DNA of 42,812 bases from Candidatus Fermentibacterota bacterium. Lineage in GTDB: Bacteria; JAFGKV01. Positions 1 through 9,974 of the stretch are shown here, piece by piece; the stretch's first letter is position 1; each line of letters begins with the position of its first letter. The position numbers and the translations under genes are program-made. Location of the stretch: NCBI GenBank assembly GCA_016928395.1, contig JAFGKV010000016.1:1-42812 (forward strand), written 5' to 3'. The notes beneath the pieces are model-generated. The model searched no databases. It saw only the letters and a list, made by a program, of their open reading frames with translations, and was not told the DNA's origin.

Positions 1-1
1 C

Positions 2-1873
2 ATGGATGATACCCGGCTGGACTGCATCATCCAGTACCTCGCCTCGCCGGATTTCTGGTTCGCTGATCTGTATCGGCAGGCGGCTGAGACATACGCGCCA
101 GAACTGACTGTTTCCCCTAACACTGCCTCGGGAGGGTCCGATTGGTATCCCTTTGCCGCCCTTGGTTATCCTGCGGTGGGTGCAGCGGAACAGGCCCGCA
201 CTTCATTCAACCCGCACTATCACAGCATCACCGATCGCATCGAAACGCTCTCACCGGAGCTCTATACCGCCATAACTCGGGCCTCGGTGGCCACCTTAAT
301 TACCATGGGAATTTGCCCGGGCATGGTCGAGGATGTGTGCGCCCAAGACATGGGTGACGGCTCTGCTCTTTCGGTTCGCTGGTCAGCCAATCCGGAGCCA
401 GACCTCACGGGATACCGGCTGTGGTGGGGAACAGCCAGCCAGGCGCATACCGACTCGGCCTGGGTACCGGGAGCAGAAACCACCTCATACCTACTCAGCG
501 GCCTCATTGCCGACACGCCCCATTATCTGGTCGTGCGGGCACAGGACACCGATGGCCATACCAGCTTCCGCGCCACGGAGGTGGTGGCTACACCTCACCT
601 GATACCCCAAGCCCCTTCAGGTGTCGCGGCAACACCAATTCCCGGTGGCATCCGGGTCGACTGGTTTCCAAACGGCGAAGCCGACATCGCTGGCTACCGT
701 GTGTTGCGGCGCACCAATGAGGGGCCGTACGACTTAGTGGCAGATTGCCAGGCTGACACCACGTTCACCGATCCAAATCTCTCCGGCACGGATCGCTACT
801 ATTACCGCGTCGAGGCTCTGGATAGCGAGGGCAATGCGAGCATGCCCAGCACCGAGGCGTATGGCAGGCCGATGACCTTGGATCAGGGCATTCTGGTGGT
901 GGATGAGACCCGCAACTACACGGCAGTGCCCGACAGCCTTCAGGACTCTTTCTACCATGCCATCCTGCAGGGTTTCACCACCACCGAATACGAGTATGGT
1001 TCCGCGAGCCAAGCACCGGTGCTCTCCGATTGTGCGCCCTACTCAACTGTTGTGTGGCATGCCGACGATTTCGCGCAGTTTCTTGCTGCTGGCCACGTAT
1101 CGGATCTTGCCACCTACCTCGATGCAGGGGGAAATGTCTGGCTTATTGGGTGGAAGCTCAGCGCGAACCTCAGCGGTTCGTCTGTCTACCCAATGGCTTT
1201 TGAGGCCGGGTCGTTCATGTACAACTATGTCGGCGTCGATCATGTGGCGCTATCAGGTACAAGCGATTCGCTGCAGGCCGTGAACGGTGAAGCCGGGTAC
1301 CCGGACCTGCCGGTGGACGGTTCGAAGATCCCTACGCCCTCATGGGGCACAACCCTGCGGTACATCGAGTCACTCAATCCCCTGGCGGGCACGGAAGCTA
1401 TCTACCGGGCAGACATGGCAAACGGAGGGGCCTTTGACGGCACTGTCTGCGGCATACGCAGGATAGACACTGGGCCAAAGGTCGTTTTCTTCGCCTTCCC
1501 GCTGTACTTCATGGACGAGGCGGCCGCCCGCCACGCTGCCCGCGTGGTGCTCACCGGCTTCGGGGAACCCCTGGCCGCGGCCACTGCATCGGTCTGTCCT
1601 CGCCTGGTTCTTGATGCCTCGCCCAATCCTTTCGAGGCACGCACGACCCTGTCGTTCGCGGCGCGTAATGAGGGGAAAGCCAAGGTTGCCGTGTTCGATA
1701 TCGCAGGCCATCTGGTGGCTACGCTCCTGGATACGCAGGTGGCATCGGGCCGTCATACGGTCATCTGGGACGGCACCGACACTGCAGGCACCCCCGTGGG
1801 CAGCGGTATCTATCTGTGCCGGCTCGAAGCACCCGGCGGTCACGCGGTCCGGCGGGTCCTGCTGCTGCGCTAA
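2..1873 (+). CDS. Secreted M28-family peptidase, 5'-truncated by window edge; two FN3 domains, an alpha/beta module and a C-terminal FlgD-Ig/T9SS-like sorting domain
   Basis: SDWYPF..GYPAV and NPHYHSITD resemble the M28 C-terminal motifs. FN3 signatures W..NPEPDLTGYRL and YYYRVEALDSEGN. C-terminus SPNPF...VFDIAG..V...WDG.D..G..VGSGIY. Confidence 0.75.
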   Translation: MDDTRLDCIIQYLASPDFWFADLYRQAAETYAPELTVSPNTASGGSDWYPFAALGYPAVGAAEQARTSFNPHYHSITDRIETLSPELYTAITRASVATLITMGICPGMVEDVCAQDMGDGSALSVRWSANPEPDLTGYRLWWGTASQAHTDSAWVPGAETTSYLLSGLIADTPHYLVVRAQDTDGHTSFRATEVVATPHLIPQAPSGVAATPIPGGIRVDWFPNGEADIAGYRVLRRTNEGPYDLVADCQADTTFTDPNLSGTDRYYYRVEALDSEGNASMPSTEAYGRPMTLDQGILVVDETRNYTAVPDSLQDSFYHAILQGFTTTEYEYGSASQAPVLSDCAPYSTVVWHADDFAQFLAAGHVSDLATYLDAGGNVWLIGWKLSANLSGSSVYPMAFEAGSFMYNYVGVDHVALSGTSDSLQAVNGEAGYPDLPVDGSKIPTPSWGTTLRYIESLNPLAGTEAIYRADMANGGAFDGTVCGIRRIDTGPKVVFFAFPLYFMDEAAARHAARVVLTGFGEPLAAATASVCPRLVLDASPNPFEARTTLSFAARNEGKAKVAVFDIAGHLVATLLDTQVASGRHTVIWDGTDTAGTPVGSGIYLCRLEAPGGHAVRRVLLLR

Positions 1874-2026
1874 CCTCGGGCTGTGCCTGCGTTGGAGGCC
1901 TTCAGTTGCTGGTGATTAGAGCGTCAGGAGAGCCTATAGCCCCACTACGGTGAGAAGCGGCCATGTTGCGCTCCGCCAACCAAGAAAATACATGGGGCCA
2001 CGCTCCCTCGGCCCTTGGGGATAGGC

Positions 2027-3511
2027 TCAAAACATGCTGGTGAGCTGGACTTCCAGGCCCTTGAACTCAGGCACCGTCCGGCATGCGCCGCCGGCGCATA
2101 CCTTACCTTGGGGACGCGAGCCGAGTATGACGCGAAGCTGATGTCCTCGCACGATGTCGACGATTCCCTGCAGGTAGAACCACGCGGTCTCATCTTCAAA
2201 CACCGGGAGCCACGGGAGGTCGCGCTGCATGGCTGAAACATTGGAAAACTCCGCAACCGCGGCAATGGAGATTCCCGGGGAACGGGACGCTTCGATCTCG
2301 ATGTGCTCCAGATCGAATGCGCCCACGGCATCACCGTCGGTATGCTGATGCTCCACTGAGACCCTCCCACTCCATGGATCCTGCACGGGAAAAGTCACCT
2401 CAGCGATGAAGGTCACATGCTCGCGGCGGTCATCCACCGGCCCTGAGGTGGTGAGTGCAGGCCCTAGAAACTCCTCAGTCCATGCGGCCGCCACGGTCAC
2501 CGGCGTGGATGAGAGCTCGGCGATACGAGCCTCCGCCATGGCCTCACTGAAGAGCCGTTTTGCATCGAAGAGACGGTCAGAATCGTGATTCTCAGTCAGT
2601 GAGAATGCCCCGCTGAGCCCCACGAGTCCGCTTGGCTGCCACTCCAGCTGTGCAAGGCCGCCTCGCTCGTCGTCAGCATTGAGGTCACGGGAGTGGCGAG
2701 CCAGGAGCGACCAGCGATGCTCTACTGAGGCCGGGGGCGGCGTCGTGTACTCCTTACCCTCGGCACCCACGCCCATGTGGCGATAGTCCTTGTACTCAAG
2801 CCCGAGTGCCGCTCCGGGCACGGATGCGCCGATGGAGGCAAAAAGCCCCCTCCCCCCCTCCGGTGCGCTGGACTTGGATCGCCGCCCTCCCTCCACGAAG
2901 ATATCGACGGGTCCGGCAGTGACCCTCATCCGGCCGGTTCCCAGTTCAAGATCCGGGGAGTTGTATCCTGTGGACGAGGTCTGGCGGCGGGAGAGATAGC
3001 TGCCGCCGGCCTCTATGCCCAGGGGGAGACGTAGATCGCCGTCCATGCCGTGCAACACCACAGTCTTCCCCGGCGTCTTTCCGGAAAAGGCCTGGAACGC
3101 GACCGGCCCGTGTTCCAGGTTGAGGTCAACCCCATCCAGAGAGTTGTCCACCCGGAGATCACGGTCCTCGTACCCGTGAAAAGCCATGCCCCGGCCAAAC
3201 AATTCATAGAAGTTGCCCACCCACAGCGAACCCCAGGTGGTGGTCCCGCCCACGGCGCGGAATACCTGACCTTCCCGGTCGCGCTGTTCCTCGGATGGTT
3301 GAAACACCTCGTACCGCAGCCGCGCCCGGAAGGAGCCGTGGCTGTAGTCGGCATCGAAGTAGTCTTCCAGAATCTCCTGGTTGGTTTCACTACTCAGTGA
3401 GTAGCGAAGGCTGTTGCCGATGCTGATTGATCCATCGGCTGATGCCGCCGATGGCATCAGGATGCACAACCCTGCCGCCAGGCCGACCGATAGCCTTACC
3501 GGCCGTCGCAT
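2027..3511 (-). CDS. DUF6029-like outer-membrane beta-barrel protein
   Basis: Signal peptide; VGNFYELFGRGMAF and DNSLDG motifs; C-terminal G.VCAGGACR.VP.F.G; terminal Phe. Confidence 0.7.
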   Translation of the reverse strand: MRRPVRLSVGLAAGLCILMPSAASADGSISIGNSLRYSLSSETNQEILEDYFDADYSHGSFRARLRYEVFQPSEEQRDREGQVFRAVGGTTTWGSLWVGNFYELFGRGMAFHGYEDRDLRVDNSLDGVDLNLEHGPVAFQAFSGKTPGKTVVLHGMDGDLRLPLGIEAGGSYLSRRQTSSTGYNSPDLELGTGRMRVTAGPVDIFVEGGRRSKSSAPEGGRGLFASIGASVPGAALGLEYKDYRHMGVGAEGKEYTTPPPASVEHRWSLLARHSRDLNADDERGGLAQLEWQPSGLVGLSGAFSLTENHDSDRLFDAKRLFSEAMAEARIAELSSTPVTVAAAWTEEFLGPALTTSGPVDDRREHVTFIAEVTFPVQDPWSGRVSVEHQHTDGDAVGAFDLEHIEIEASRSPGISIAAVAEFSNVSAMQRDLPWLPVFEDETAWFYLQGIVDIVRGHQLRVILGSRPQGKVCAGGACRTVPEFKGLEVQLTSMF

Positions 3512-3987
3512 TCGGTTTCCCCGAGCAACGTGAGAAGCCGCACCCTCAGCTCCCTCTCATCTCCCGGTTTGTAGCCCAGGTGGGAATAGACGATGGTACC
3601 GCTGGTGTCCACGATGCAGGTATAGGGCAGGTTGGCGATCTTGTACCGTCGCATGACCTCGTTGTCAGTATCCATCAGGATAGGGAACGTAAGCTTGCGG
3701 CCTTGTACAAACCCGGGCACCCTTGATACGGTCTTGGGCGAGTCGGCGCACATGCCGATCACGGTGACTCCGCGGTCCGCGAACTCCTCGCTCAAGGCCT
3801 GAAGATGCGGTAAAGCCTTCACGCATGGCCCGCACCAGGTTGCCCAGAAGTCCAATACTAAGGGTCCGTCCTTGATGAGCTCCTCCAGGCAGACCTTCTG
3901 GCGCGACAGATCAGGGAGACAGAACGACGGAGCATCATCCGCCGCTGCTGAAGAGACGGCAATGAGTAAGGCTGCCAGGATGATCAT
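3496..3987 (-). CDS. TlpA/ResA-family thiol-disulfide oxidoreductase, exported
   Basis: DFWATWCGPC motif and signal peptide MIILAALLIAVSSAAA. The ATG at 3987 overlaps the upstream stop (ATGA) and follows GGAGG. Confidence 0.9.
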   Translation of the reverse strand: MIILAALLIAVSSAAADDAPSFCLPDLSRQKVCLEELIKDGPLVLDFWATWCGPCVKALPHLQALSEEFADRGVTVIGMCADSPKTVSRVPGFVQGRKLTFPILMDTDNEVMRRYKIANLPYTCIVDTSGTIVYSHLGYKPGDERELRVRLLTLLGETECDGR

Positions 3988-5294
3988 TTGGTTCCCTCCA
4001 GGATAATCAGCGGGTGCGCGGAACAGGCTGAGGGTGTATGCACGCGGACCACGTAGGTTCCTTGCGAAACGTCTGGAAGCGTCAGCAGAGGGGCTGGCCA
4101 CGGGCCGTCGAACAAGCCGCAGACTGCGCGGCCCGACAGATCTGCCAGCAGGATGCGGACGGGACTGCCCGCGGGGATCCCAAGACTTACGGCCAGGATG
4201 CCCCGGGAGGGGTTGGGTCCGAGACTGACCATCAAGGGCGCAGCCGGCTGCGCAACATCGCCGGACACGTCGCCATCAAGCCAGCTGAGGAAGAAGTCCA
4301 GCGATTCCTCCAGCACGGTCGAGTCGGCGCAGGCCTCGATGCCGAAACCACAGGCGAGGCTCCTCCGCCCGTCCTGTCCGATCCTGCCCACCGCAGCGAT
4401 TTCGCCACTCTCGTACCGAAGCGCACGAACCGCCAGGCCCTCGGGGCTGAGCGCATCGGGGGAGGTCTGGTTGTCTGCCCCGTCACCGCCGGCGATATCG
4501 AATGAGATCAGGTCAAAGACGGTGCCTGCTACGCCCCGCACGTGTCGAGACTCGACCGAGGTCGATTGCACGCTGGCTCCCAACTCATCCTGCCCGAACG
4601 CGGCGCCTACCTCCCCTTCTAGTGCGTTCTGTCCTGAAAGCAGCAGCTTACCGCCGTCCTGCAGCAGTGCGGTCATGACCTCGGCCTCGTCCTCGGTGAT
4701 GCAGCCCGCTGACGCGCTCCCGGTAATCCAGACGATGCGCTCCAGCAATGCCACATCAGACAGTGCCAGGGGTTCGAGGCTTTGATCCCATGTCAGGAAG
4801 ACCCGATTGCCGGGTATCGACCGCTCCACGAAGCGTTGACTGTCCCCTTCCCCGTCGTCGTCCACCAGAAGCGACTCGACGCCTGAGAAGATCTCCAATC
4901 GGACACTGTCCGCCCGTGCGGCGTTGGCGTATCGAAACCAGTACACGCCCTTGCCCGCCGTGTCGAACGGATAGAAGGAGAGATGGACCTCCAGCTGGGC
5001 TCCGGGAGGAAGTTCCACTGAGAAGTCCATGTCGGATGGAAAGCACGACACGCCGATGCATACGCCCGGCGGCAGCCAGGCTTCCGGCTGGCTCGTCACC
5101 AAGGCACACTGAACGTTCAAGGTGGATGTTCCAGTATTGGCCATCTCGCCGAAGAGCCCCACCTCGACCCCGGTCTGGCTCGTGAGTTCTCCCACGCAGG
5201 CGTGTCGATCCATGGCGACATGCACATCGGCGGCGGCCGCGGCGACAAGAAGACCTACAAAGGCCATCATTGCTCGGACTGCTGTGTTACGCAT
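3984..5294 (-). CDS. Secreted protein with Ig-like N-domain (CIGVSC), alpha/beta module and C-terminal T9SS-type sorting domain
   Basis: GGAGG before ATG 5294; signal peptide; C-terminus PNPS.G...DLSGR.V...GTYVVRV. Confidence 0.7.
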   Translation of the reverse strand: MRNTAVRAMMAFVGLLVAAAAADVHVAMDRHACVGELTSQTGVEVGLFGEMANTGTSTLNVQCALVTSQPEAWLPPGVCIGVSCFPSDMDFSVELPPGAQLEVHLSFYPFDTAGKGVYWFRYANAARADSVRLEIFSGVESLLVDDDGEGDSQRFVERSIPGNRVFLTWDQSLEPLALSDVALLERIVWITGSASAGCITEDEAEVMTALLQDGGKLLLSGQNALEGEVGAAFGQDELGASVQSTSVESRHVRGVAGTVFDLISFDIAGGDGADNQTSPDALSPEGLAVRALRYESGEIAAVGRIGQDGRRSLACGFGIEACADSTVLEESLDFFLSWLDGDVSGDVAQPAAPLMVSLGPNPSRGILAVSLGIPAGSPVRILLADLSGRAVCGLFDGPWPAPLLTLPDVSQGTYVVRVHTPSACSAHPLIILEGTK

Positions 5295-5329
5295 CCTTTC
5301 CTCCGGGTTACTGCTACACCATATCGTCG

Positions 5330-6514
5330 CTATTGAAGCTGATGCACGGCAAGCCCAACCGTACCGGGCATGCCCGGTTTTCGCGCATGGGCTACCAACG
5401 TGATACTCTCCCCCTCGGATCTCCAGGCCAGGGTGGCGGCCCATACCCTCAACTCGGGGTCGGTCCCGAGAATGACGTCTTCGCCACACGCTTCAGGCAG
5501 TACTCCCCGCACCACATGACGGAAGTCCGTCTCGCCGTTGTTGCCTGGCGCGGTTTCAAACTCCTCATGATCATCGCAGACAAACACAGTCAGCACACAC
5601 GGCCCGGGAACCTCCGCCACTGCACTCACGGAACAGGTCAAGGCGGCGCCATCCAGCCACGCACCCAGGGTCAAAGCAACCTTCTCGAGAGCAATCGTTT
5701 CCCCGATCGCTTCTTCCACCACGTCACGACTCGTGGGCTGAAGGGCTTCCGTGCCTTCGACCACCAGCCATGGCACCTGCCCTACCCCATACAAGGTCAT
5801 GCGGGCATCCATCAGCGCGCGCTGGGCCAGATAGAAAGGATCCAGAGGGCTGGGAAAATTGGTGTGAAACTCCAGAAGCACCACCCGCTGGGGTCCAAGG
5901 TCATCCACGAGCCTGTACAGCATCGGATTGACCTCGGCACAGGGCATGCACCCTGTGTTCGTGAAGCTCTCCAGTAGGGTCACACGGCCAGTCTCTGACA
6001 CCAGATCAAAATGCGCGGAGGAGACGACTCCCGGACTCACGTTCACCTGAAGGGAACACGGCATCGGCTGGTACCCTCCCCGCTCAACGTTGATCCAGTG
6101 CAGGCCGGTCGAGATGTCCCAAAGGGTATCCGGAGTGACACGTCCCGTGGGGTCTCGATCCAGAAAAATGGCCGCAGAGTCAGGCGAACTGGAGACGGCA
6201 ATGGACCCGGTGTCTACGGGAGGCGAAATGGTGGGATCCTTCTGACCGCACCCCACGACCATCAGCGAAACAACCAGAGCAACGCCGTGTCTGAATGAAA
6301 AAACCCCGGTGATCGAAAAACGCCTTAGCGTCGCATGGCGCGGCGTTCGCGTAATCTTGGCATTGCGCCCGATGGGCTGCAGGAGTGATCTTGAACGGCC
6401 GTGCGATCTAACCACGCACCCCCGGCTGCCATTTCGCACGGCTATGGGCTGACTCAACACACTCTCTCCTCGGGATGGGAAGCGAAAATCGGGTGAGTTA
6501 CAAGGAAGATGCAA
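5330..6514 (-). CDS. Lipoprotein with PEGA domain and Omp28-like thioredoxin domain (true start uncertain, probably ~6300-6420)
   Basis: Lipobox VVGC; PEGA-like VSSSPDSAAIFLD..TG..TP; LLESFTNTGCMPC; N.ETDFRHVVR as in Omp28-related proteins. Confidence 0.75.
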   Translation of the reverse strand: MHLPCNSPDFRFPSRGESVLSQPIAVRNGSRGCVVRSHGRSRSLLQPIGRNAKITRTPRHATLRRFSITGVFSFRHGVALVVSLMVVGCGQKDPTISPPVDTGSIAVSSSPDSAAIFLDRDPTGRVTPDTLWDISTGLHWINVERGGYQPMPCSLQVNVSPGVVSSAHFDLVSETGRVTLLESFTNTGCMPCAEVNPMLYRLVDDLGPQRVVLLEFHTNFPSPLDPFYLAQRALMDARMTLYGVGQVPWLVVEGTEALQPTSRDVVEEAIGETIALEKVALTLGAWLDGAALTCSVSAVAEVPGPCVLTVFVCDDHEEFETAPGNNGETDFRHVVRGVLPEACGEDVILGTDPELRVWAATLAWRSEGESITLVAHARKPGMPGTVGLAVHQLQ

Positions 6515-8851
6515 ATGGCAACTAGCGGCCAGGGAGGCCAGGCGTCAACTGAGAAACGCGTTGGGCGGTCCGTGACGCCGCACCCGGCATTCATGACCCT
6601 CGCGATAGTTATCGTGCTTCTCGGCGCATCGGCCGCGTCACTGGCCCTCCGGCCGATGTTGAACTACGATATCTGGAGGAATCTCACCGTCGGCCAGTGG
6701 ATTGTCGAGAACGGGCGTGTTCCCCATGAGGAGGTGTTCACCTTCACTGAAAGGGGCAGGCCCTGGATTGACTATGAGTGGCTCTCCGAGCTAGTCTTCT
6801 ATGGCGTGCATCAAATCGGCGGGTATGCCGGGTTGGTCGCGTACGAGGCAGTGTTGGTGTGGGTGACGGGGGCGGGGCTACTGCTGTTGTTCCTCGCCAG
6901 ATCCCACGGGTCGCCTTGGGTACTGGTTTTGGCCGCTGTGCCCGCCTTCGTTCTATCCGAATTCCACATTCTGGTCAGGCCCCATCTGCACTCCATGGCA
7001 TTGGCGCCGCTGTTCCTGTGGTGGGTGTGGCGGCCGAGACAATGGAGAGCTGTCGGTGTCGCCGTTCTCTTCTGCCTGTGGGCAAATCTCCATTCGGGCA
7101 CACTTGGTGTTCTTCTGCTGGTCCTCTCTCTGCTGGGCGGTATTCCACGGACCGGACGCGTTCGGACTGTGGTAGCCGCGGGAGTCGGCCTCCTGGTCAA
7201 TCCGTATTCGTGGCGTATCGTGCTACCCTTGGTGCGGGTGCTGAGCGCCCAGGCCCCGGGCGGCGTGCAGGTCACGGAGTGGATGCCCCTGCCCTTCGAT
7301 GAGATGCGGGGCTTCTGGGCGTATTTGGTTTTCTCCCTGTTGCTTCTGTGCGTTCCCGGCAGATCGCACAGGCGCTGGGATACGGTGATGCTTGTGACCT
7401 TTGGCGCGCTGAGCATGAAGGCGGTCAGGATGGTGCCGTTCTTGGCCCTTATGGCAGTCCCCGGCAATGCCGAGGCATTGGGATGCCTGGCGGGCCACCG
7501 GTGGACGCGTTACTCCCGATGGATCGGGGCCGTTGCCGCCGTTGCGGCAACTACCGTCCTCGTTGCCAGGCATATGCCCCTCTCACTCCATCCAGACCCC
7601 CGGGCCTGCCCTGAGGCTGCAGCCTCCTACCTCCTTGACCGCAATCTCGACATACGGTGCTACAATGATATCCACCAGGGCGCATATCTGATGTGGCGAT
7701 GGTTTCCCCGGCTCGTCTACTCCGACAATCGCACTGAGCTGTTCGGCGATGTAGCATCGGCTGAGCGGGCCGCCTGCGGCGATGTTCTCAGTTTTAAGGT
7801 GTTTCTGGAGAGCTACGGCATACGCGGAGCCGTGCTGGACTACCCGTGGAAGATGGACGACACTGAAACCGCAACCTTCTACCCCCTCTTCCGATTCCTC
7901 GGCTGGCACACGGTAGCCTGGGACGACGGAGGCGCTCTGCTGCTGGCACCGGGTACTGACAATGACAGCATCATCGCCGCCGATGCCTTTCACGTGCTCG
8001 ATCCTTTCGTGGTAGATCCCCCCTTCAATGGCTTATCGTCCCAAGAGCGTGAGCTTCTGCTCGCCGAGGCCCGCCGCGCTCGTCGGAGTACCTCCAGATC
8101 ATCGCGGGCCTGGGAGATTTGGGGCAACATTGCCTCCAGCGCCAACCGTCCTGCTACAGCCTTAGCGGCATTTGACACCGTGGCGGCGCTCAACCGCAGA
8201 GATGTCAACGTGCACGCACGAAGAGCATTGGCCCTCGAGAAGCTAGGGAAGCATGACGCCGCGGCCCGGGAATGGAAGCGGCAGGCGTCCCGAAAGCTCG
8301 ATCTCCCCCTGGTCTGGTTCAATTTGGGGCGGCTGGCGCTGGTGAATGCCCAGCCGAAGCAGGCTGAGTCGTGGTTACGCAAGGCAGTTCGGGCAAAGGC
8401 CGATGAGAGATCATGGCGTGATCTGCTGGCCTTCGCTCGTTCGGCCACCGCAGCGCAGCTGTCGCAGCAACAGGCGGGCCTTCGGTCGAGTGCGGCATCG
8501 CGAGAACGCGAAGCCATGAGATCGATGGGCCGGGGCGAATGGGAGCTGGCAGAGAGAACCCTGCGGGAGGCTATCTCCCTCGTTCCGTCGGTTCCGACCT
8601 TTCATCAGAACTTGGGTGCGAGTCTGGCCAGCCAGGAGCTCTGGGAGGAGGCCGAGGCCGAACTCAGAGAAGCATTGCTGTTGGATTCCAATCTGGGATG
8701 GGCGCGGTACAATCTGGCCGGGCTCCTCGCCACGGCCCGGGGCGACACCGTCGGCGCAGTGAGAGAGTTACAAGCCCTTGCGGCATCCGGGCCGGACTCG
8801 GCCCTTTCCGATCTTGCCCAGGCATATCTTCGCGAGATCGGAGGGCCATAG
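6509..8851 (+). CDS. Polytopic membrane protein (GT-C-like, D.W....G..I...P...F.FT...W..EWL family) with C-terminal TPRs; likely start 6572 or 6593
   Basis: About 10 hydrophobic segments, RPH and WANLH motifs, then TPR-like helices (WFNLG, HQNLG, RYNLA). Confidence 0.7.
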   Translation: MQMATSGQGGQASTEKRVGRSVTPHPAFMTLAIVIVLLGASAASLALRPMLNYDIWRNLTVGQWIVENGRVPHEEVFTFTERGRPWIDYEWLSELVFYGVHQIGGYAGLVAYEAVLVWVTGAGLLLLFLARSHGSPWVLVLAAVPAFVLSEFHILVRPHLHSMALAPLFLWWVWRPRQWRAVGVAVLFCLWANLHSGTLGVLLLVLSLLGGIPRTGRVRTVVAAGVGLLVNPYSWRIVLPLVRVLSAQAPGGVQVTEWMPLPFDEMRGFWAYLVFSLLLLCVPGRSHRRWDTVMLVTFGALSMKAVRMVPFLALMAVPGNAEALGCLAGHRWTRYSRWIGAVAAVAATTVLVARHMPLSLHPDPRACPEAAASYLLDRNLDIRCYNDIHQGAYLMWRWFPRLVYSDNRTELFGDVASAERAACGDVLSFKVFLESYGIRGAVLDYPWKMDDTETATFYPLFRFLGWHTVAWDDGGALLLAPGTDNDSIIAADAFHVLDPFVVDPPFNGLSSQERELLLAEARRARRSTSRSSRAWEIWGNIASSANRPATALAAFDTVAALNRRDVNVHARRALALEKLGKHDAAAREWKRQASRKLDLPLVWFNLGRLALVNAQPKQAESWLRKAVRAKADERSWRDLLAFARSATAAQLSQQQAGLRSSAASREREAMRSMGRGEWELAERTLREAISLVPSVPTFHQNLGASLASQELWEEAEAELREALLLDSNLGWARYNLAGLLATARGDTVGAVRELQALAASGPDSALSDLAQAYLREIGGP

Positions 8852-8879
8852 CCAACCCCCCTCTTTCTCGATCGGTGGT

Positions 8880-9070
8880 CGGGGCTCGATGCTGCGGCTC
8901 TTGGCCCTCCCGGTTCTGGGCGAAGACTGGGTTCCAGAAATCCCAGGCGATTTCTCCATCGCCAGTGATCTCAAATAGCCTGCCCGCATCTGATTGGGCT
9001 ACCAGCAGGTTGCCGTTGGGCAGCACCTGCGCCATGCCGCCACGCCTGGTGAAGAACGATTCCGGTGGAA
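8880..9070 (-). pseudogene. Fragment of an arylsulfotransferase (ASST)-like beta-propeller C-terminus
   Basis: FFTRRGGMAQVLPNGNLLVAQSDAGRLFEITGDGEIAWDFWNP matches the family C-terminal pattern. There is no room for the N-terminal part, and the frame runs into the convergent gene. Confidence 0.6.
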
Positions 9071-9254
9071 GGGCGAATGGAGTCATTGCGGGAACAGCGC
9101 CGCCGCGCATCACTTTCAGGTGCATAGGAGTGATCCCCAATATCCCTCAATCCCCGACATGAAGTCTGCAGCATTGGAGGAAGGGAGGGGCTGCCGAGCT
9201 GAATCCCTATGGCAAAGAGCTGATGACGTCGACAGGAGATCGGGTATTGCATCG

Positions 9255-9971
9255 TCAAGCGGGCATCGCGAACTCGTCGCGACGTTCTCCCCCATTGAGC
9301 CGGACACATGGGATACCGCCTCCGCGCAGGGTATCCAGCACCACAGGAACCGCCTCCACGGTCGCGGATCGGTCTCCGCCTCCGTCATGGAGCAGCACGA
9401 TGGCCCCAGGCCTGGCCCCGCGGAGAACCCGCTCGGCGATAGCCTTGGATGACCGTACTCGCCAGTCAAAGGCCATGACGCTCCAGTAGACCGGGCGTAG
9501 CCCCTCACTCCGGAGGATTCGGTGCAGTCCGGGACTGCGAATCCCATAGGGCGGGCGGAAAAGGGAAACCGAATCCCCGAGCACATCTTCAAGGCCTCGG
9601 ACCGCATCACTCACCTGGCGGTGGAGCGTCTCGCGAGAACGGAACGCCAGAGGAGTATGGGTCATGGCGTGGCATCCGATGGCGTGCCCTTCTGCGTGAG
9701 CACGGCGCACGATGGAGGGATGCCGAACGGCGAGGGATGTAGAGACGAAGAACGTTACCGTGGTATGGAATGCCCGTAGCGCATCCAGGAGCTTCGGGGT
9801 GAATCGAGGGTCAGGGCCATCATCGAAGGTGAGGGCAACGCCGCCAGGCACGCGCCAGAGGGGCCAGCATCCGAGGCCGATCTCGAACAGGGCCCGGCGG
9901 GGCACCCACCACGAACAGGCCACCGCTGCCGTCGTCAGGGCAGCGAACGTGACAGCAACACCCACGACCAC
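9255..9971 (-). CDS. NodB/CE4 polysaccharide deacetylase, N-terminally anchored
   Basis: TFDDGP, HAMTH, FRPPYG, DW and LLHD motifs. Confidence 0.9.
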   Translation of the reverse strand: MVVGVAVTFAALTTAAVACSWWVPRRALFEIGLGCWPLWRVPGGVALTFDDGPDPRFTPKLLDALRAFHTTVTFFVSTSLAVRHPSIVRRAHAEGHAIGCHAMTHTPLAFRSRETLHRQVSDAVRGLEDVLGDSVSLFRPPYGIRSPGLHRILRSEGLRPVYWSVMAFDWRVRSSKAIAERVLRGARPGAIVLLHDGGGDRSATVEAVPVVLDTLRGGGIPCVRLNGGERRDEFAMPA

Positions 9972-9974
9972 GAT

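Noticed and set aside
2027-6514. Selenocysteine read-through in the thioredoxin-like genes
   Set aside because: All redox motifs use Cys codons, with no in-frame TGA.
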